Source of the DNA: Microcystis aeruginosa NIES-2549
GTDB taxonomy: Bacteria > Cyanobacteriota > Cyanobacteriia > Cyanobacteriales > Microcystaceae
Assembly: GCF_000981785.2 (NCBI RefSeq)
Contig: NZ_CP011304.1
Coordinates: forward strand, 240,001-272,000
Length of the DNA: 32,000 bases
Direction: 5' to 3'
The position numbers were made by a program, and so were the translations under genes. How positions within the stretch are numbered: the first letter of the stretch is position 1; the number at the start of each line of letters is the position of its first letter. Positions 25,841-32,000 of this stretch are shown in pieces. Under the pieces are notes generated by a model. That model was given only the letters and a program-made list of their open reading frames with translations. It did not search any database and was not told the DNA's origin.

Positions 25841-26548
25841 ATGGAAGAAAAACGCTATCCCGCGGAAAAATCAGCAGAAATTCAAAAATTATTGGATACA
25901 GCCAGTTTACTGGTCGGTTTATCGCCTGAAACCCTCGATCAAGTTACTTCTCATGTTGTCACCCGCACTCATCCCGCTAATCGGGCAATTCTATTAGAAA
26001 ATGATTGGGGTGGTTCGGTTTACTTTATTCTCGATGGTTGGGTGAAAATTCGTACTTACAATATGGATGGCAAAGAAGTCACCTTAAATATCATCGGTAA
26101 AGGGGAAATAGTCGGAGAAATGGCCGCTTTAGAAGAATCTCCCCGCTCCACTGATGCTATCACCTTAACCACGGCCACAATTAGCAGTATTCCCGCCCAA
26201 GATTTTGTTAATCTGCTCAAATCGGAGCCTTTAGCGGGAATTCGTCTTTCTCAGTTAATGGCCAAGCGTTTGCGTCAGCTTAACCGGCGTTTACGTTTGC
26301 GCGAGGCCGATAGTCTCTCCAGAGTCGCCGATACTTTACTCTTTTTAGCCGAAGGTCAAGGAGAAAAAAGCGGCCAGGGTGCGATAATTCCTAATTTACC
26401 TCACCGGGAATTGAGTAGTATTAGTGGACTGGCCCGGGAAACCGTGACCCGATCCTTGACCAAATTGGAGAAAAAAGGCCTGATCCAACGACAGCAGGAA
26501 TCTCTCTGTATTCCCGATCTGGCCGCTTTAGAAAAAGCGATCACCTAA
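25841..26548 (+). CDS. Crp/Fnr-family transcriptional regulator (cNMP-binding domain plus C-terminal HTH)
   Basis: The cNMP-binding beta-barrel region includes GEIVGEMAALEESPRSTDAITLT. The HTH is LSSISGLARETVTRSLTKLEKKGLI, with a CRP-like RETVTR recognition helix. Confidence 0.85.
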   Translation: MEEKRYPAEKSAEIQKLLDTASLLVGLSPETLDQVTSHVVTRTHPANRAILLENDWGGSVYFILDGWVKIRTYNMDGKEVTLNIIGKGEIVGEMAALEESPRSTDAITLTTATISSIPAQDFVNLLKSEPLAGIRLSQLMAKRLRQLNRRLRLREADSLSRVADTLLFLAEGQGEKSGQGAIIPNLPHRELSSISGLARETVTRSLTKLEKKGLIQRQQESLCIPDLAALEKAIT

Positions 26549-26551
26549 ATT

Positions 26552-26670
26552 CAGTTATCAGTTATCAGTTATCAGTTATCAGTGATCAGTGATCAGTGAT
26601 CAGTGATCAGTGATCAGTTATCAGTTATCAGTTATCAGTTATCAGTGATCAGTTATCAGTTATCAGTTAT
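26552..26670. repeat. 17-unit perfect-phase heptanucleotide array with two unit variants in blocks: (CAGTTAT)4 (CAGTGAT)5 (CAGTTAT)4 (CAGTGAT)1 (CAGTTAT)3
   Basis: Counted unit by unit. The array begins 3 nt after the TAA stop (26546-26548) of the Crp-family gene. Confidence 0.95.
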
Positions 26671-26710
26671 CATACTAAATCCAGTTATTAAAGACTGATT
26701 ATCTATTCCT

Positions 26711-26745
26711 CCTTTTGCCTTTTGCCTTTTGCCTATTGCCTATCT
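26711..26745. repeat. Second heptanucleotide array: (CCTTTTG)3 CCTATTG CCTATCT
   Basis: Read directly. It lies 32 nt upstream of the cutA ATG. Confidence 0.9.
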
Positions 26746-26776
26746 TCACTAGGAAATTTATTTTGCACGACTACTT

Positions 26777-27115
26777 ATGACTGAAAGATTAACTGGTTTT
26801 GGAGTGGTGCTGGTGACAACGGCCAGCGAAACGGAAGCGGAACACCTAGCGATCGCCTTACTTAACGATCGCCTGGCTGCTTGTGTCAGTATTTACCCGA
26901 TTCGTTCCATTTATCGTTGGCAGGGACAGATTGAAAACGAGCGCGAATGGCAATTAGCGATCAAAACCGATTTAAAGCAGTTTGAGCAGTTATCGGCGAA
27001 GATACAGGAACTGCATAGCTATGCCGTCCCGGAAATCATCGCTTTACCTCTTGTTGCGGGTTCTCAGACCTATTTAGACTGGTTAGCCTCCCATACAGGT
27101 GGGGTGTCAGAATAG
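26777..27115 (+). CDS. cutA: Divalent-cation tolerance protein CutA
   Basis: 112 aa. VVLVTTASETEAEHLA..L...RLAACVSIYPIRSIYRWQGQIENEREWQLAIKT ... HSYAVPEIIALPL is the canonical CutA1 pattern. Confidence 0.85.
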   Translation: MTERLTGFGVVLVTTASETEAEHLAIALLNDRLAACVSIYPIRSIYRWQGQIENEREWQLAIKTDLKQFEQLSAKIQELHSYAVPEIIALPLVAGSQTYLDWLASHTGGVSE

Positions 27116-27283
27116 ACCAATCGGCAACTTTAGCGAAAAAAATCTATATAATTCTTAATAAACTATCTCAGGAAGCGCAAAAAGTTTTAATCTAGATGCT
27201 GATTAAATTTTTAAACATCTGGTTTTAAGACCGATCGCCTCCACGATTGGAGAACTCAGCACATCGTCAAGGGAGATAGTTAA

Positions 27284-29995
<2,712 letters not shown>

Positions 29996-30019
29996 TTAGT
30001 CCTTGAAGTTAGTTAATTT

Positions 30020-30047
30020 AGCTCGTGTTCAACACGAGCTTTTTTTT
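30020..30047 (+). terminator. Rho-independent terminator of apcE
   Basis: AGCTCGTGT-tcaa-CACGAGCT followed by T7 (30041-30047), 25 nt after the apcE stop. Confidence 0.85.
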
Positions 30048-30064
30048 AGTTTAGTATCCCAAAG

Positions 30065-30617
30065 CTAACCCATCGGACCGAGGTTCGCAATTTGCCGGAT
30101 AATTTGACCCTTGCCAAAATGGGAGGAATCTGCGATCGCTACCTGATGGACTCTGGGGGTTAATCCGGGGAGTAATTCGGGGGCTGCACCCCTTTCTAAA
30201 AGTACGCTGTTTCCCCGTAAAAATCGCCATCTAGGGGCATCAAGGGCGGTTTGAGGATTGAAATGATGGTCAACCATGTTTACCGCCATTTATCGGGGGC
30301 TTTGGGGTTGCATCGGCGCACCCATCAAAATTACCATCATCCCAACGGAGAAAACTGGGGATAATCAGATGAAAAGGGCGTTTAGCGGGGTTAATGGGGT
30401 TAGGATGACCGAATTCGAGGCTAAAACCACTAGCACGGTTAGGCAGGGCGATTCCCGTCTGGGGGACTAAAATAGCAATGGCAAAACCATCAAAATTGGA
30501 TTGAAACTTTACAATACCAGAAAATCTCGATCGCCCGTGGCCAGATAGACGGTTCCCTTCTGGGGTTTTTGATAGAATTAATGGTGCGAACAAGTGTATT
30601 AGTCTAGAATTTCTCAC
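30065..30617 (-). pseudogene. ggt: Gamma-glutamyltransferase (ggt-like, COG0405) remnant: small-subunit region only, frameshifted
   Basis: Pieces in three frames read KGTVYLATGDRD / VKFQSNFDGFAIAILVPQTGIALPNRASGFSLEFGHPNPINPAKRPFHLIIPSFL / MGAPMQPQSPR*MAVNMVDHHFNPQTALDAPRWRF...GH..fGkGQ. These are colinear with GDTvYl..aD..GNmVSfIQSNf.GFGSGivvPgTGiaLqNRg..Fsl...HPN...PgKRPyHTIiPgfl...fGVMGG.mQPQGH.Q...N.vD.g.NPQ.AlDaPRw. There are at least two frameshifts and one in-frame TAA. The roughly 350-aa large-subunit coding part is missing. Confidence 0.7.
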
Positions 30618-30641
30618 CTTCCCCGATGGAAGTTGGAAGCA

Positions 30642-32000
30642 TTAAGTCTCGGTGACTTCTAAACTGTCCACAATTGTCCGAAAGCTTTCTAATCCAGCTT
30701 CGAGGTTTTCCATAATCTCCAAAGCCAGCACATCGGGGTCAGGCAGGTTGTCAAGGTCGGTTAAACTTTTATCTTTGAGCCAAAATATATCGAGGCTGGT
30801 TTTATCCCTGGCGATAATCTCATTATATGTGAATTTTCGCCAACGTCCTTCGGGATTCTGTTCTGAATAGGTTTCGCTGCGTTGATGACGATTTTGGGGA
30901 TGATAGCAGGTGATGAAGTCCTGTAAATCGGCGGGTTTTAAGGGGTTTTTCTTGAGGGTAAAGTGAATATTGGTGCGAAAGTCATAAAACCAGATGGCTT
31001 TTGTCCAAGGGTCTTTAGCGGCGGGTTTATTATCAAAAAAGATGACGTTGGCTTTCACTCCCTGTTTATAAAATACGCCGGTGGGTAATCTGAGGATAGT
31101 ATGCAGGTCGGTGGTTGATAATAGTTGTTTGCGGACGGTTTCCCCGGCGCCACCCTCGAAAAGGACGTTATCGGGGACAACGACGGCAGCTTGTCCTCTG
31201 CTTTTGAGCATGGAACGAATATGCTGGACGAAGTTGAGTTGTTTATTAGAAGTGGTTGCCCAAAAATCCTGACGATTATAGGTTAAGTCTTCTCGGTCCT
31301 GTTCCCCGTCTTCATTGGTAAAAGTTAGGCTGCTTTTTTTGCCGAAAGGGGGATTAGCAAGGACATAATCGACGCTAAGGGGAGAAGGAGCAATCAGAGC
31401 ATCGGTGGAGGCGATAAAGCATTGCTCATCGTTAATATCGCCGATATTATGCAGAAACATATTCATCAATGCCAGGCGTCTTGTATTGGCGACGATTTCA
31501 TTACCGTGAAAGGTGCTTTTTTTGAGAAATTCTTTCTGTTCTCGGTCTAAGGGATAATTTTTGACCAAAAAGTTATAGGCTGCCAGAAAAAAGCCGCCGG
31601 TTCCACAGGCAGGGTCAGCAATAGTTGCCATGGGTTGGGGACGCAAGCATTCTACCATGGCCCAAATCAAGGGCCGGGGGGTGAAGTATTGGCCGGCGCC
31701 GCTTTTGGTGTCTTCGGCGTTTTTTTCTAGAAGTCCTTCGTATATGTCGCCTTTGACATCCGTTTCCATCATCACCCAGTTTTCTTCATCTATCATGGTG
31801 ATGATTTTGAGCAGTTTGGCAGGGTCTTGGATTTTGTTTTGAGCTTTGGTGAAGATTTGCCCTAATAAGCCTTTTTTTTGCGCCAATTCGCGTAATATGC
31901 CGAGGTAATGAGCTTCGAGGTCGGCCCCTCGTTTGCTGCGCAGACTTTGCCAGTCGTATTCAAAGGGGATGCCGATTTTGCGATTATAGGGCGGTTTGGC
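30642..32000 (-). CDS. hsdM: Type I restriction-modification system DNA methyltransferase subunit HsdM (5' end outside the window)
   Basis: The frame stays open through 32000; the track's M at 31886 is an internal TTG. It has an HsdM_N-like region, motif I DPACGTGGF and motif IV LANPPFG (N6-adenine MTase, gamma class). Confidence 0.9.
   Translation of the reverse strand, partial: AKPPYNRKIGIPFEYDWQSLRSKRGADLEAHYLGILRELAQKKGLLGQIFTKAQNKIQDPAKLLKIITMIDEENWVMMETDVKGDIYEGLLEKNAEDTKSGAGQYFTPRPLIWAMVECLRPQPMATIADPACGTGGFFLAAYNFLVKNYPLDREQKEFLKKSTFHGNEIVANTRRLALMNMFLHNIGDINDEQCFIASTDALIAPSPLSVDYVLANPPFGKKSSLTFTNEDGEQDREDLTYNRQDFWATTSNKQLNFVQHIRSMLKSRGQAAVVVPDNVLFEGGAGETVRKQLLSTTDLHTILRLPTGVFYKQGVKANVIFFDNKPAAKDPWTKAIWFYDFRTNIHFTLKKNPLKPADLQDFITCYHPQNRHQRSETYSEQNPEGRWRKFTYNEIIARDKTSLDIFWLKDKSLTDLDNLPDPDVLALEIMENLEAGLESFRTIVDSLEVTET

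Noticed and set aside
26552-26670. A long regular repeat array as a possible CRISPR locus.
   Set aside because: The period is 7 nt with no unique spacers, and no cas genes are present. It is a microsatellite/STRR-type array.

Overview
The window looks like a chromosomal segment of a unicellular cyanobacterium. Evidence is apcE, prk, hemL and dnaN, four perfect HIP1 octamers (GCGATCGC at 5688, 25241, 26849, 30132), STRR-like heptanucleotide arrays and Uma2-family genes. The repeat flavour resembles Microcystis, but I cannot verify that without a database search. About 24 CDS are credible, mostly housekeeping: recQ 3' part, lnt, a GT4 glycosyltransferase, NfeD-like plus flotillin, hemL, dnaN, prk, a NarL-type response regulator, mtnA, a Crp-family regulator, cutA and apcE. 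Accessory or decayed patches sit between them. These are a tandem pair of Uma2 (PD-(D/E)xK-fold) genes next to an APH-like/P-loop kinase fusion, an EAL-domain pseudogene in front of an intact FHA-GGDEF-EAL gene, and an IS630-like remnant abutting an IS1-like remnant. The right edge holds a frameshifted, 5'-truncated ggt remnant butting against a type I R-M hsdM gene that runs off the window. No rRNA, tRNA or CRISPR array was found. I see no complete, clearly novel multi-gene system. The most checkable unusual signals are: (1) three perfect DnaA boxes upstream of dnaN, a candidate oriC; (2) the 727-bp-period Uma2 duplication, about 98% identical except for one 71-nt block at about 63% identity; (3) a degenerate Hsp70-like protein divergent from the Crp-family gene; (4) one heptamer repeat family, CAGT(T/G)AT, at several intergenic sites; (5) the ggt/hsdM junction. 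Base composition is visibly uneven by eye. hemL and mtnA are GC-rich, while the kinase fusion, the FHA-GGDEF-EAL gene and the 21.75-22.36 kb spacer are AT-rich.
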